From Tubiluchus corallicola (lineage: Eukaryota > Animalia > Priapulida), in assembly GCA_030141605.1 (NCBI GenBank), contig JAQGDQ010000010.1:1302001-1366000 (forward strand): a stretch of 64,000 nucleotides of DNA, written 5' to 3'. Below the pieces are notes generated by a model that made no database searches, was not told the DNA's origin, and saw only the letters and a list, made by a program, of their open reading frames with translations. Positions 23,620 through 37,372 of this stretch are shown one piece after another. Positions within the stretch are counted from its first letter, which is position 1; the number at the start of each line of letters is the position of its first letter. Position numbers and translations under genes: made by a program.

Positions 23620-26600
23620 ATGGCGGTTGTACGATGTCATTCTAGCAAATTGTTAGCAACTTTATGTCGAAATGTGCTACAGAGTTGTCCTCGAACAATT
23701 GGATCGACTAGCCCGTGTTGCCAGCAAGGTCGAGGCCCTCTTGTGCCACTTGATTTAGAAACCGTTAGAAAGAAACCCCAGGACCTGGAGTACATACCAC
23801 AGCACGGCCCAATGGAGGTAATGCTTGCTTACTTTAATACTAAGACGCGGTTATCGACGGTCGCTCCTCAACAATTCGCGAAATTGTGGCAGATTTGATA
23901 CCGTGGATACATACGATCCTCTACACCAAAACGGCGAGCAAACTGGCATCAATAAACAGTGCCAGTTTGCAAGATCAAAAACGTATTTTGTTCACTTTGT
24001 ACTCATAAATTTCTGCTTTTCCACTAATCAACGATTACTGTTGCTGTTTACTCGTCTTTCGTTACACTTTCAAATTAAAATTCGGTTTATTTCACCAGCA
24101 AAGCTGTTACTTATGTCACTGACCTATATGTCATTTTTAGTTGCAAGAGCTCTGTGACATATAGTCGAACTTTTCTTAATTTATCTATGTGGGTATCACT
24201 AATATCTTGCACAGATAATCCCCATTTATTAATGTATATTGACCTACATTCAAACATATGTTCTGTAGTATTATTTGCAAAATGACAGAATGACCATTTC
24301 AACTCTTCTTTATACGAGTTTTTAAAATTTGCTTTTAGATCAATTATGTTCAACCTTAGCCATAATTTCTTTCATCTCGTCTAAGCGGCATTTTAACACA
24401 TAGTCTCACCTTTGAAAGCTGTTGTTTTTTAGAAATCTTAATTTTGTCATGTTCTCTGTTTTAATTTTATATTCATTTTTGTTATATACAGTATATACAT
24501 TAATTTCGCTTTTTATGTACTTCATCCATTTAAACTTTTTGACTGAATTTATATCAACTACATTTAGGTCAATTTTGTATTTGATCATGATATCGTTAAT
24601 TTCAGAGTACCATCATTTATTGAAATTGTTACTTATTTGTACTTTTAAAACCTGCTTTAGTAATTTTTTTAGTAATAAGTAATAGTATATTAATTTTTTA
24701 TATTCTATTCTACATAACATAGGCCATGTCTGCATTTCAGCTAGCATGCCCCTTTATGGCGTACTGTTTTTTTGGCACAAGATTTTTGATAATGCGTCTC
24801 TCTGAATACTCTCAAACATATTTACTTCTGTTTGAGTGAGGTTAGTCCAAGTCTCACTATTATTTGTTAAAGATGGAACAACCATATTTTCGTATAGCAT
24901 TAAACGTATTGCTGTTACAGAAAACCTACTTTTGTTTCACTACCAATAGCCATCGCCTCGGATATTATAAATTTCATTTTTTCTCTCCTTTTTTAAACAT
25001 TAGACAATAATTATATTTAGTATTAAACCAGCTCCCAGATATTTATATTCACTTGTTACATTCAGTACTAATTATTTCGTATTTTGCTTTTTTATCATAT
25101 TAGTCACCATATGCTTTGTTTTTTTAGATTTAATGACAGCATTTTTCTTGAGTTTCTATTTCTCAAAAATTCTCAACAGCTTTACTTACAGTTTTTACAG
25201 TGCCAGCAGATAAAACATCATCTACATATAACAGCATACCCATTTGTAAATCTGGACCTAATATAGTAACAGGATGACTTTTTATATCTATAATGTTATT
25301 CATTGAAACCCGCATAGTACTGGTCCAATGGGTGTGCCTTGTCTGACATTTTCAATTAATTTAATATTTTCTGTGAATCCAATAGGCATATTAATTACAG
25401 CACTGGCCTCACTATTTAATTTGTGCATTAAAAAGAATCGCGCGAGTCAAAACCTAATTTCCATAAATCGTAAATACAATCTTTTAACCATAACGGATCA
25501 AAACATTTCTCCACATCTCCAAATAAAAGATACATTTCTGATTTCACCATCTTATTATAATCTAATAATGCCCTGAGTTTGAAAAGGTGGTCTGATGTAC
25601 CTCTATTTCTCCGCCCCCACATTGTAAATTGCTAATGTTACTTTCTAATACGTCTATGTTTCTTTTTATAAGGATTTTTTCAAATAATTTACTAATCACA
25701 GTAGTCAAAAATATGCCATGTCTATTTGTTAATTCTCTTGTAGATCCTCCACGTTTATACATTGATTTGATTACCATCTCTTAGTGTGAGATTATTGTAC
25801 AAATAATTTAGAATTGTGTCCACGTAAATCACGTAGTCACAGTGCAAAATAGCACTAGCACTAATGACTTTATAACAGTTAGTAAGATCTATAGTATCAC
25901 AGCGTTGTTCAAGAGAAGATACACAGTCAGGTTGAATATCAGAGGCCAGACTAATGCACCTCCATCGAGTTCGTTCTAAAGCATTTTTAAGAGTAATATA
26001 CTCTGGTGCCCAAACAACACATGCATATTCAAGTATTGGTCTAACTACAGCTTTATAAAGAGGTACAATAACTTTTGCACTATGCGATGAAATACAGCAT
26101 TTTATCATTTCAATACATCTATTGCCCTGAGAAATAATATGTTTAATATGTGAATTCCACTCCAGGTTGTTTGAGATTAACACACCCAAATCACGTACAA
26201 CTGATTTTTCTTCAATAACTCCATCTCTCAAATAATAAGGTATTGCAGAATTAGAACGCATATGAAGTGCGCTGCATTTACTACGTTTGAGGGACATTGT
26301 CCAGTTGTCACACCACTGTCACACTCAATTTCAGACAGGTTAGCTTGTAAGATCTCTTGATCAGAGGAATTTCTAATTGGACGGTAAGGTTTTATGTCAT
26401 CAACAAACAGTGGTGTACAGGTGTCAGGGGATACACAATCAGTAACATCATTGATAAAAATAAGAAAACAATAGGGTCCCGACAAAGTCCCTTGAGGAAT
26501 GCCACTGGTTACATTTCTCCAGGAAGTGGTTACACAATTTAAAACTACTCTTTGCTTTCTCTGAGTTAGAAAATAACAAAACCATTGGAGTAGTTTCCCT

Positions 26601-28696
26601 CATATGCTGCAAAATTCAGACTAATAGATGTTTTTGACTGTGTCAAGAACTGTGGTGGGATTCTTCTTCTGCTACAGGAGATGCTTCATATGAAGCTTTT
26701 GTTTTTAAAATAAGAAATGTTTTTCAAAATGGTTAATGTGCATGTAGCAAGGTTGTGGAGTCAGAATCGGGACTCGGGAGAACACTTACTGTTAGAGGAG
26801 TCAGTGTTGGAGGCAGTACAAAAATAGAAAAACCCGGACTTTAATTACTTTTAGGTTTTGATGCATTTATGCATAATGTCCCATTTTAGGATGCTTTCTT
26901 ATTGGTTTTTCGAGCATAAGAAGTAATGATGAAATGTCACTGTGGCTAAATATTGAGAGTACTACAAACTATTATTTAAAAGTAGGAGTCGGAGTTGGGG
27001 CTCCTAAAATTTTAGGAGTCGGAGGATTGTAATTAATCATATGATTTTCACACTCATTTAGCTTTTTTTAGAAAAAACGTATCATCTGGTAGTGCAGTTC
27101 TTTCTTTTTCTGAAGAATTATAAAACTCCCTTAAACATTCCACAACGAGTCCAATGAACACTTTTTCTCGGCGATGTTTCGCGATCATTTTAACACAGAA
27201 ATTGGATCTTATCTTTAACCTGTGATCTTGAGGTCCAGCACCCACCAAAATTGGTAAACATATACCATTCCATTCGTCTCACCAAGGTATATTACATGCT
27301 AAGTGTTACTCGACACTGGAAGCATTTGCATATTAATATTGCCCTCTACCGAAAAATATTCCCTATGCAAATCGCCCATATTCAGCCACGCAAAAGTTCT
27401 CGGCCCCTCCTAACTACACACCAGAAATTGCGACCCTAGTTCAAAAACTGTAGGAGGAGATCCAAAATAAAGACGAAAAAATAAGCCCTGTCCACTCCAT
27501 GACCTTTGACCTGGGGGTGACAGTTTACACATATACATAAATCCGTCTGGCTGGGGACCCTGTGAGTTTTGTGACCCCTGCCTTGTGCATGTGCAAGTTA
27601 TTAAAGAAATAAAATGGCAAAATGATAACAAAAACCAGGGGTAAATCAAGCAGCAGAATATTAATAAATATTATTTGCTCCTTCATCTGTATTCATTTTG
27701 GTTCAGTTCAGTGGATAGACCTTTTTGCAAGAAGGTGAGCAGCCAAAGACTCGTATTCGGCAGAAAAATAAAAAAAATTTAAACGAAGTTTTTAATTTCA
27801 ATCTCATGATGTCTCTTCACAGTTCACTGGTGTATCAGAAACTCAGCATTTTAATAATTCTTGGAGAAGAATAATGAAAGGCTTCTTATGCATTGAACCA
27901 GTTGCCCCTTATTCAAGTTTGGTTGAATGATAGGCACAAACAAGATGAATAAAGTCCGATTTGTTTTAAGCAAACTTCAGGACTATGTTGCAAATTCCAA
28001 CCAAATATAGCCGAACCAACATCAGTGCCCTTTTTTGCTTCTCTTGTGACCCAACCCATCCATGGAACTCACTCTCAGCTGATAGTATAAAAGCGCCATC
28101 TACCGATAAATTTAAAATGAATATGAAAATTGACCATTATACGAGTTGAACTCTAGGTCCTTACGTTCATTGTAAAGAAGATTGAATTAAAGGTGTTTAC
28201 AGATAGTATCCTTAAAATACATTTACTGCACGCGTCTAGCAGATGTTTTAGTGCGCAAATATTGCACTTTCAAATTTGCCACAATATTTAAATTTTTCGA
28301 GATTCAGGATTTCTTCCAAAGTTGTAATAATACACTTCATATTGTTAGGTGGGTGCAGTTAGTGGGATTCCTGAGGAGCACATCAAAACCAGACATGTTC
28401 GTATTTATGTTCCTGCAAAGAATACTATGCAGTCTGGCACGACTGCAAACAATTGCTGGAGAATACAGTTTGACAATCGTGAACGTTGGGAGAATCCTTT
28501 GATGGGCTGGGCATCAACTGCTGATCCAGTGTCAAATACTGAAGTTGATTTTACTACAGCAGAAGCTGCAATGGCATTTTGTGAAAGGTATGGGTACGAA
28601 TATCACGTAGAAGAGCCCAAGCTACCAAAACGGAGGCCAAAGTCATACGCTGCCAATTTCGCTTGGGATAAAAAGACAAGGAAGTCGTGTAAATAG
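23620..28696 (+). CDS. NDUFS4: NADH dehydrogenase (ubiquinone) Fe-S protein 4 (complex I 18-kDa subunit), 181 aa. Exons 23620-23817 and 28349-28696
   Basis: Exon 2 reads SGIPEEHIKTRHVRIYVPAKNTMQSG...FDNRERWENPLMGWASTADP...KSYAANFAWDKKTR. Exon 1 encodes an Arg/Ser/Leu-rich mitochondrial presequence in an aaaATGGCG context and ends GAG|gtaatg (phase 0), matching the acceptor ttag|GTG. Confidence 0.92.
24100..25755 (-). mobile_element. Decayed non-LTR retrotransposon (RT plus C-terminal Cys/His motif) in the NDUFS4 intron
   Basis: SMYKRGGSTRELTNRHGIFLTTVISKLFEKIL, LFGDVEKCFDPLW, RQGTPIGP, YVDD and CHFANNTTEHMFEC; many frameshifts. Confidence 0.8.
25755..26610 (-). mobile_element. CR1-type LINE RT fragment abutting the previous element
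   Basis: VTSGIPQG, FLIFINDV, LFVDDIK, VRDLGVLISNNLEW and LYKAVVRPILEYACVVWAP. Confidence 0.85.
26748..27025 (+). mobile_element. Partial hAT-like element with GGAGTC(G) subrepeats
   Basis: Starts caaggttgtggagtcagaatcggga and contains repeated ggagtcgga motifs; no right TIR seen. Confidence 0.45.
27240..27700 (+). repeat. Interspersed repeat with tgacctttgacc core, HINE/Helentron-derived-like; related to 63007-63810
   Basis: Shares ctcgacact, taggaggagat, gacctttga and accctgtgagtt..gtgaccc with the 63-kb copy. Classification is inferred. Confidence 0.55.
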
Positions 28697-29732
28697 ACAA
28701 ACTTTGTTAAAATTTTGTTTGATTAGTTAATAACTCTGAATATAATTGGCTCAGCTTGAGGACTCTAATATATGTAGTCATACGTGTAGTGTACCAATTG
28801 TTTTTGAAACCTTGTTGGAGTTCCCGTTAACCCTTGTGTTTTGTACACATAGAAATGGCAGTGTCCCAAAGCATACAAAATACAAAGCAGATACAAAGCC
28901 TAACTAAGAGCTATCAGCTAAATTGTAAGTACTAACTATGATTTATTGGTTCTTAATTTCGTACCAATGAATTGGTTTCGTCATGTGAATGTTATCATGA
29001 ATTCTGGTTACTTCAGGAATCAGAATGCTATTTTGTTTGCACGTGGAAAGTTGATGTTAGAATGACATATCTAATTTTGGTTTTCAATCTACAAAACACT
29101 TTCTTGATTGTACAAACAAGTTAGACAGTAGGCGTGGAACTTCTGTTGTAGAGCTATAAAATGTGTCCAGTATATACATATTGTTGAAAGTTTAATATAT
29201 GTACTAACCTGTACAATTACACAGATCTACGTTGATTGTTTTGCTTCACAACATTTAATTTTATTTTATATGGCTATACATGAGGGATGAATGCTTATAG
29301 CAAACTCGTGCAAACATATTTAGTGTGCTTCCACTTTCACAGAAAACCATTAGCTCCATTTTTGCTGAAATTTTCAGACAAATCTAGTAAGTCTGCCATT
29401 CACCACCTGCATTGCAATTATGCATTCAGGAGTGGCTTATCAGTGATGGCATAATTAATGATCTGTGAAATAGACATCAGGCATATTAACTTAGCTAGTT
29501 ATTTAAATTTAAAACTGTTTGCGTAATTAGTATGAAACAACAGCAGTGTCTCATTTTGGATTAATAAGTCTAATTTAAATTGAATTCAACAATACAGCAA
29601 GAGTAATGGTACTTGGATTTTAATTACAACAAACACACGTACATTCTGAATAAGCTATGAAAAATAACACACTGCAATTGCTTCTGCATGAAATAGTAGT
29701 ACTTTATTGAGTGAAAAGTTTGACGTCAAGGT

Positions 29733-29908
29733 GTTCAAACCTCTTTATGCCACCTACTTTGGGACTGCAAAGAAAGTTGGCATTATAGCAAGTTTAGCAT
29801 TATAGCGAGGTGCATAAATACATACATGTCTATGCAAACATAAACATTCTATTTTGCTAAAAACTTTGGCATTAAGCGAGGTTGGCATTATAATGAGGTT
29901 TTATTGTA
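29733..29908. mobile_element. pogo/Tigger-like MITE remnant
   Basis: Ends caaacctc...gaggttttattg|ta with internal ttggcattatagc repeats. Confidence 0.55.
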
Positions 29909-30081
29909 TTAAAAAATTTTGTCCGATCTAATTAAATACCAGCACATCTGGAGTATTATTACAATGCCGATATTAATTTTAGCAATTACTGACATGACTT
30001 GAAAATAATAACTGGAAAGTGGAAAATAATCAACCGTAACACTATTACAAACACGTAACAAACAGCCCCTGGGTGGGGTAA

Positions 30082-30716
30082 GGCCCATTTCACAGTGAGG
30101 ACGCGTGGCAAAGTTCCTCATGAGGAATTCTGCCGCCAGCTAGAAGCTATGTGTCGTCGTCATGAGGAATTTTGCTGAATGGTAGAACTATTGTGTTCCA
30201 TTTTCGCGAGGAATCCTCGCAGAATTCAGTCTAAAATTTACTCAGTTACTCCTTTCTTATTTAATGAACAACAATTAAAGCATTTCAGCATAAAATTGTG
30301 TTATTTAATTTGTCTTTTAACAGACTGACAATTTTATGCTTTATTAATGCAACATAGATGGCTATATTCGTTAACAAGAAAAACAACGCTCGCATATATT
30401 TGTTTTTCTTCATATTTTGAAGTGGTTAGTAGAACTTTACTAAAAAAACATTACCTTGACTAACATTGTTAGTTGTATTTCGTATATGAGAAGTACGGCA
30501 AGTAAAACTTAATTTAGACGTGGCTATGCAATATAAAACTCGCAAACTTACTGCAGCTAACTGGATGTGCAGAAAAAACGTGCGGTTTCACTGTGAAATG
30601 AACTGTCTTGCTGCATGGAATTTCGAGGAAAATCAGAAATTTTCAGAAAATTTTCTGATTTTCTTACAGCAATTCCGTGCATCATTTTTCCTTGTGTCCT
30701 CACTGTAAAATGGGCC
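30082..30716. mobile_element. PIF/Harbinger-like MITE
   Basis: 21-bp TIR ggcccatttcacagtgaggac / gtcctcactgtaaaatgggcc (1 mismatch), flanked by TAA / TTA. Confidence 0.8.
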
Positions 30717-31275
30717 TTAAGTTGTGGTCTGCAGGGTGCATACCCACCCAGTTTCTATGTTAAAAAAGGCCCAGCAGTCACACATTTAGATACTACTGCT
30801 GGCAATTACATACTCATCTACACCAAATCCTACAAGGCAAAAACCTTTAACTAAAAAAATGGAATGATAAATCATATTCTCTATTCTCTAGTCTGTATAA
30901 TCATTGATAGAAGATGATTAACTGTATGTCCTACATAATCTATGATGTTTTTTGGAATGATAAACGTACTCAACTTATTCGATTATTACACTACAACTTA
31001 CATATTATCAAAAACCCACTCACAATCAAATTCTAAATTAAAAAAGTACGGCAACGATCTAAAACAGCATGAAAATAATACAGTATGTACAGGGTTTTAA
31101 TATTAATGTATATTGAATGTTCAGAAGTTGCAATCAGTTTCATATTAGTGAAATAAATTGATTTGATTTGAATGAAAGTAAGAGATTTATTTAAATGGGC
31201 AGTCTGTGCTTGCCTGCTCTGGTTGACTATATCCTAAATTAAGTCTCTAAAGCAGTGCAGCAATGAATATTGGTT

Positions 31276-34200
31276 TTATCTGGAACGGAATACCAAAGGG
31301 TCATTGCTTGGCAAGAAAGTGATCCCAAGGGATCCTTCCATGTTTGGTTCAATCACGCCGTCTGGCAATTCAATATCGAAGTTCTGTAGAACAGAAGTGA
31401 GAAAGAGAAACAATTCCATTCTTGCCAGTGCTTCTCCCAAACATACTCTTCTTCCTGAAAAACGTTTTCGTAAAGACATTTAAACTAACAAAGTTATAAC
31501 AAGGTTTCCAACAGCCACTATTTTCTTCTTGCTAACACTCTTAAGGCTCTAATGAAAAACACCTTTCAAAATTCAATACTTACCGACACAGAAAGCAGCC
31601 ACTGGTTCACAGCCGGTCAGTTTTCCCTCTTGACCGATAAATCGTTCGGGGTTAAATACAAGTGGATTCTGGAAGCAGCTGGGATCATTTAGGATGGCTG
31701 TCATGTTTGGGATAATCACCGTGTTAGCCGGTATTTCGAAGCCCCTAAACGTTGTTTTCTCCAAACTCCGATGTGGCACACCCATCGGTAATATATTTGC
31801 TGTAACGTATAAAGCATTTCTTTCAACTTATATTGTTTGAAAATTTACTACATCTCAAAAGGTTTGGTACTAGGTTATGTAACTACGTGCAATTGCTGGC
31901 TGAAGCTATGCCACGAGCAGGTTTTTTCAAACCTAGGTAACCTATAAGACGAAATAATTATTTTATTGCTCGTACGACGTTACTTTATCCCTACTAAACC
32001 GAAATCCTGAATGACAATACTAAATAATTAGAACAGCCAGCATTCGGTGAGTTTCGAATTATGCAAGTCCAAAATTTAAATGATCTAAATGGACTGAGTT
32101 CTTGTTTATCTTTATCTTTATCCCCTTGTTCATCTTTACCTCTGATGTTCTTTGTTCCAGTCATTTGTTCTTTGAGATCTTTGACCTCATCCTTATTCAT
32201 ATCATGTATCCTTGCTTTTGCTTGTCATTATTTTTATTTTTTTATTTTCAAGTTTTTTTTGCAATTTATAGCTTTCATTACTAGCTTTCGCTTAACTAAC
32301 ATCAGGTGGTTATGTTGTGTTTAGATCTTGGATATGCAACTTTATACGATGGCATATTGTCGGTCGACAAATAAGTCAAATGACAAGACATCACTACATT
32401 TAACGCAAATAATCAATCAATCATGTGAAATAATTTCTTACCGCATCTTTGTATTTCTACAATTGTGGCCTCTGTGTAGGGCATTTTTGCCTTATCGGCC
32501 ATTCTTGGCAGACGGCTGCGTCCGATGACATCATCTATTTCTGCCTGCACCTTTTTCATGACGTCCCGATGCTTAAGCAAGAACAGAAAACCCCATCTCA
32601 AAGTCGTAGAAGTTGTTTCAGTACCGGCCAAAAACAGATCGATAATGATATACCGCAACTCTCTCACTAAAAAACAAAAAAACGGGTGGTGTTTCGAGTA
32701 AGAGCGCGCAAAATAAACCTGTAGAACTAAGTACGAAGGTTTGGTTTGATGTGCAAATACTTACCACAGTCTCCCGGTTATCATACATCTTATTTAATAC
32801 TAATGTCTCAACTTCAATGCATGCCAGTAACAGGCTAAAGAACTTGCAAGTTCGATTAGTTTTCTCACAGTTTGAAGCTTTGTTTTTAAACATCTAGCTG
32901 TTATACTAAAACGTTATTTTTTCCATTAGTATTCACAAATTTTCTGCCACTCGAAGAAACGTATAACATCTGTTAAAACCTACAATATGTCTTATTAACG
33001 ACATTCATGGCAACTTTTCCAAAAAGTTTAAACAGCAGGTTATTTAAATGAATTATAAATAATAGTTAGAGAAACACCTACGAGAGAGTATGCTTGTGTT
33101 AGATTCCTCATTCGCATTTGACAACTCTAGCAAGTAAGCATCTATAAAATTTCGGATGTTGTTGCTATCAAACGAGCTCTTGCACTGTTCAATTCTTTCG
33201 TCCATAAAATTCAAAACCTTGTTAGCGTTACGGAGGATACGATTCACTTTACTTCTAACGAATGGAAAAAATCTCAGTATGGGGAAGAACTGGAACAAAC
33301 CCTGCATGGATGAGGTTTGGAAGTTTTCATTAAGAATGGCAAGGAGATATTGGAACTGCTCGTCGTTATACTCAAACCTTTCGCCAAAGACTATGGAACA
33401 TATGATGTTCGATACACTAGTCGTCATAATGAATTGAATATCGAATGGAGCAGCAGCCTTAGCTCGAAATTCTGTAAGTAATACGGAGACTTCTTCTCTG
33501 ATTTTGTTCTGTAAATAAAATCCACAAATTCACAACATTAAAGCAGTGTTATTTTACTCAGAGTAAATTATTTCTCGGAGCAGTATGGAGCCCCAGAGGT
33601 GCAGTGCTGAAAGGCACTCACCATTCCATACCCCAACTATGGGTTAAATAGCGTAATATATTTCAGAGCAGGCGGGTAAATGGGGCTCCTTAGCCTTGAC
33701 CGGTAATCCATCTAGGTGAAGGAAAACACTGATCACAAACCACCACTGCTTTGTGGCTATCAGGGCCTATTTCAGCCTAAGCGAGGCCCGGGGAAGTGGG
33801 GCGTGTGAGGCCTCCTCGGGGGGGGGGGCGCGCCACCATAGTTGGCGTCCAGAAAATTTTTGAACTGTTCGCATAAAGCAAAAAAATAATGTTACCTTGG
33901 CGGGTGAGACCCCGGGGACGTATCCCCACTCCCCCCCCTGAAATAGGCCCTGGTGGCTATACCCTACTTGGGAAAGGCTTCGGGAGTAAACCCCAAGCAA
34001 AAACCCGGAGCTGGGGGTCTGGGTCCCTATAGGCGGGTCATCTTGCATAGCACCATGATTCCGACAACTCCTGCGACGCCTGAAGTACCAGATGTACTGG
34101 CTCTGCCTTTCCCATGGATAATACTTCTGACCTGGTGCAATCCCTCCCTCACTTTAAACCAAGTCACGCACAAGTCATGATGACAGGTCACCACCAAACA

Positions 34201-36002
34201 TTTAAAGTCCTGTGAGCTCATCAAAGGAATGACAACCCCCCAAACTGACCCTTTATCCCTGTCACTATGGTCATCTTCGATTCGAAGGACGAACATCATC
34301 ATCAAATTATTTCTAAATATTGGTCGCATACCAATTAATCACAACATCGTATGGTATCTGTTTAAGTTCTAATAGTGGATTAAAATTTTCTAAATTAGTG
34401 CGTATCAAAAATATACATAATTATTGCCTTCATCGACCATCATTGTCATGTTGAAGGTGTCATCTGAATCCGACCTGCTTTTTGACATGCACTAGTTTGA
34501 GTTTGAGCACAGGGAAATTTGGGTATCAGTAAAATTTAATATTGTTCCTAATTTTACGTTTCGATACCTGGATTCTCAAAATGTTTTTAAAAGTCATGAC
34601 TTCACCTACTTAAACATGTGAGGCGATGATGTGCTGTTATATGTGATATGACAACTAAAACCAATCAAATGGGTCTGCGCCTTCTGATTTTTCATTTTCA
34701 GTATTAATTATTTGTAGTTTTTAAAATAAATAAAGGATAAGAAGCAAATGCATCGCCAAAGCAGTCGGGAAGTCTGTAAAATTTTGAGAATAAAACGAAT
34801 AGTTTTCATACAAAAATAAGGAAACCACTTCACGTGTACATTGCGGCGTGTGAACTTTTTATCCAATTATCCAATTCTTTTGCTACGGCTTAATTCTGAA
34901 TAGTTCATTTTGTTTCTTAGATGTCAGAAAACTGTTATTTACTGAACTTATCCTTCGACTGAGCTATTCGCCACATGATGCTTTTTGGCCATGATATGTC
35001 ACACTGATTCACCCGCGATTTCTAATTATTTGTGATCTCTTTAAATTTGACGCAGTGGTCCAGCTGTTAAATCCATATAGCAGTCACGAAAAATGTCTTG
35101 ACTGTATCAGTAATGTTATCTTTATTCAATAAGTTTCACTGCTAGCCAGATCTTGGAACATTCCTGACACATACTGCACATGGTTTGTTCAAAGCGTGAC
35201 TGAAAAAGTCGCATACATACCTCTATGCTCGCTTTTCCCATGCCAAATTCCCGGAGTTTGCTAAGAGCAAATTTACGTTGTTCCTTCCAAAGTTTTCCTT
35301 CGGAGCTAATGAGACCTAATAACACCAAAAAGTTGTGGCAAGGAGGAAAATGTAAACAGTTGTTTTAAGAAGCTTTGCAAGAAATTCATCAGCTGATACA
35401 TCTTGTTAAAACCGACCAGTTAAAACCATTAATTATTTACCCTTTTGACAGTTACTAATTGAACTACAAATGCATAACATTACTGAAGATCTTAAGATAT
35501 GTGATTGTAGCTAAATAATTATTCTTGTAAATTTATTTTCAAATATGGATTACACAGGAGACAGCACTCAAGCTAATTGGGCTGAGCTCAGACAGACCTA
35601 CAAGTAATCAAAACAACGAAGTGTCTTACCATGAATAACTCCTGGCTGATTTTCTTCTATGTAGATTCTTTCAACTACATACATGTGGACTCTACCAGAA
35701 AAAACATCGCCATGTCTTAAAAATGCCTCTTTCGCGGTTTCATAATCGTTAACAACTACGGCGAATAACGGGCCGAAAAATATACTAAAAATCGATCCGT
35801 ATTTGTGCCGCATCTCCATCAAGAAATTACCTGGCTCGTTTGCCATATATGGCAAGTGTCCAAAGATGGGCAGACCCAACGAACCTGGCGGGCTACCTTT
35901 TGGCTTTCGTCTTACATAGTGTACGAAAAATGCAATGATGCCTAGAGTCAACGCAATTAGAACAAAATGGCTTGTCCTTTCGTTATCAGTCATAAAGGCC
36001 AT
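31276..36002 (-). CDS. Cytochrome P450, clan 2 (CYP2-like), 504 aa. Exons 36002-35630, 35315-35221, 33508-33082, 32666-32442, 31799-31584, 31454-31276
   Basis: N-terminal TM anchor plus [13 protein letters not shown]; WKEQRKF (C-helix); [14 protein letters not shown] (I-helix); EIQR (ExxR); FNPERF; heme motif FCVGRRVCLG. All introns are GT-AG and the exons sum to 1515 nt in frame. Confidence 0.95.
33588..34115 (+). mobile_element. SINE or RTE-5'UTR-like retro-element in a CYP intron, split by a MITE
   Basis: GC-richer block containing gggttaaatag...ccttagccttg...catctaggtgaaggaaaacactga...caaacc, which resembles (from recall) RTE-associated repeats of marine invertebrates. Confidence 0.45.
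33761..33952. mobile_element. 192-bp hAT-type MITE with perfect TIR and TSD
   Basis: TIR cagggcctatttcag / ctgaaataggccctg; exact 8-bp TSD gtggctat on both sides. Confidence 0.92.
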
Positions 36003-37084
36003 CTGTTAAAAATGAAGTAAAACAATAAATACCCTGTAATCGCATGTTAACAGCTGTAACAGTAAAAGTACAAGTTACTGGCACATTTTTAAAATAGCAA
36101 GGGACAGTGATACAATTAATATAGGTCCATGCGACAATGTTGGTCACATATATATTGTGCCGATTTTACATAAACGAAACAAAATACTGCACTAGTATCA
36201 CAATAACAAACCAATTTCTAATGACAATAATTTTAACAATGAATATAAAATCCCACAGCTTCAAAACAAGGAAAAATGGCACAAGTGGAACGTTTCAAAC
36301 TACCACTGTAGTTCGTCTGGTAAACAAGAAAAGGACAAAAAAGAGAAGAATCACAAGGAATTACTATAACGACTGAACATTTTTGGGAGTTTTTTTGTTT
36401 ACACTCTTAAAATTTTATTTTATTTATTTATTTCTCTCAAAATGCAATGTACAGGATAACAATACGTAACAAATAATAAGAAATTAGCATATAAAAAAAT
36501 TAATTCTTACAACTAAAATGGTTTAATGTATTATGAAATAAATCTTGTAAGTACAATATTGTTAGTATATAATAAGGAATAATTATTATGTTGTGTATAG
36601 AGATGAATTCGTTACATGTGCAGGTTAGTCAAAGGAGGATAAGCAAATAATATGAACACTATATGCAAGAGACTTCGTGAGGTTAAATACATTACATTAT
36701 ATTGACATTGTACATATATTCCACCTTATACACTACTTACCAAACTACATAGTGTATAAGGTATAATATATGTATAATGTCTGTATAAATATTATAATGT
36801 AGTGTTTTTAACCCCACGAGGTCTTTTCTATAATATGTACGTGAGATATTATGACAAAGCCCAGCAACGTCGAATACATGACAATTGGCCATGAGAAGCA
36901 ATACACAATATACCATATGCATACATTATATACCACATACATACATGTATACATGTATTACAAATCATACCGCATACTAAATACATGCATTTTACATCAC
37001 TGAGCAAAATATACATTACGTAAAATACACAAAACGCTAACGTTGTCGAGCAATGCAATGGAGTAGATTTAGCTGAAAAAGTTT

Positions 37085-37372
37085 ATAGAATTAAATTTAA
37101 AAATAGCTCGTATATCTATCAGAGAATGAAATTCAGAAAACGATACAAGGCTAGAAAGTGCACAAAAGTATATCAGTTAAAAAGCGAAAGTGAAACAGAA
37201 GTATAAACTATTACTAACCACAGTCACATGATAGAGTAGGACACACAGAAATATAATTGTATGTTTCGCTCTCGCTTTTTAACTGCTACACTTTTGTGCG
37301 CTTTCTATCCTTGTATTGTTTTCCGAATTTCGTTCTCTGATAGATATACGAGCTATTTATAAATTTTATTTT
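37085..37372. repeat. ~110-bp diverged inverted repeat with ~65-bp spacer
   Basis: aaatagctcgtatatctatcagagaatgaaattcagaaaacgatacaagg...aaaagcgaaagtgaaaca versus tgtttcgctctcgctttt...ccttgtattgttttccgaatttcgttctctgatagatatacgagctattt. Confidence 0.85.

Noticed and set aside
28093-28106. CTCF-like motif gcgccatctaccg in the NDUFS4 intron (similar at ~15318)
   Set aside because: A short motif match alone cannot support a regulatory call.
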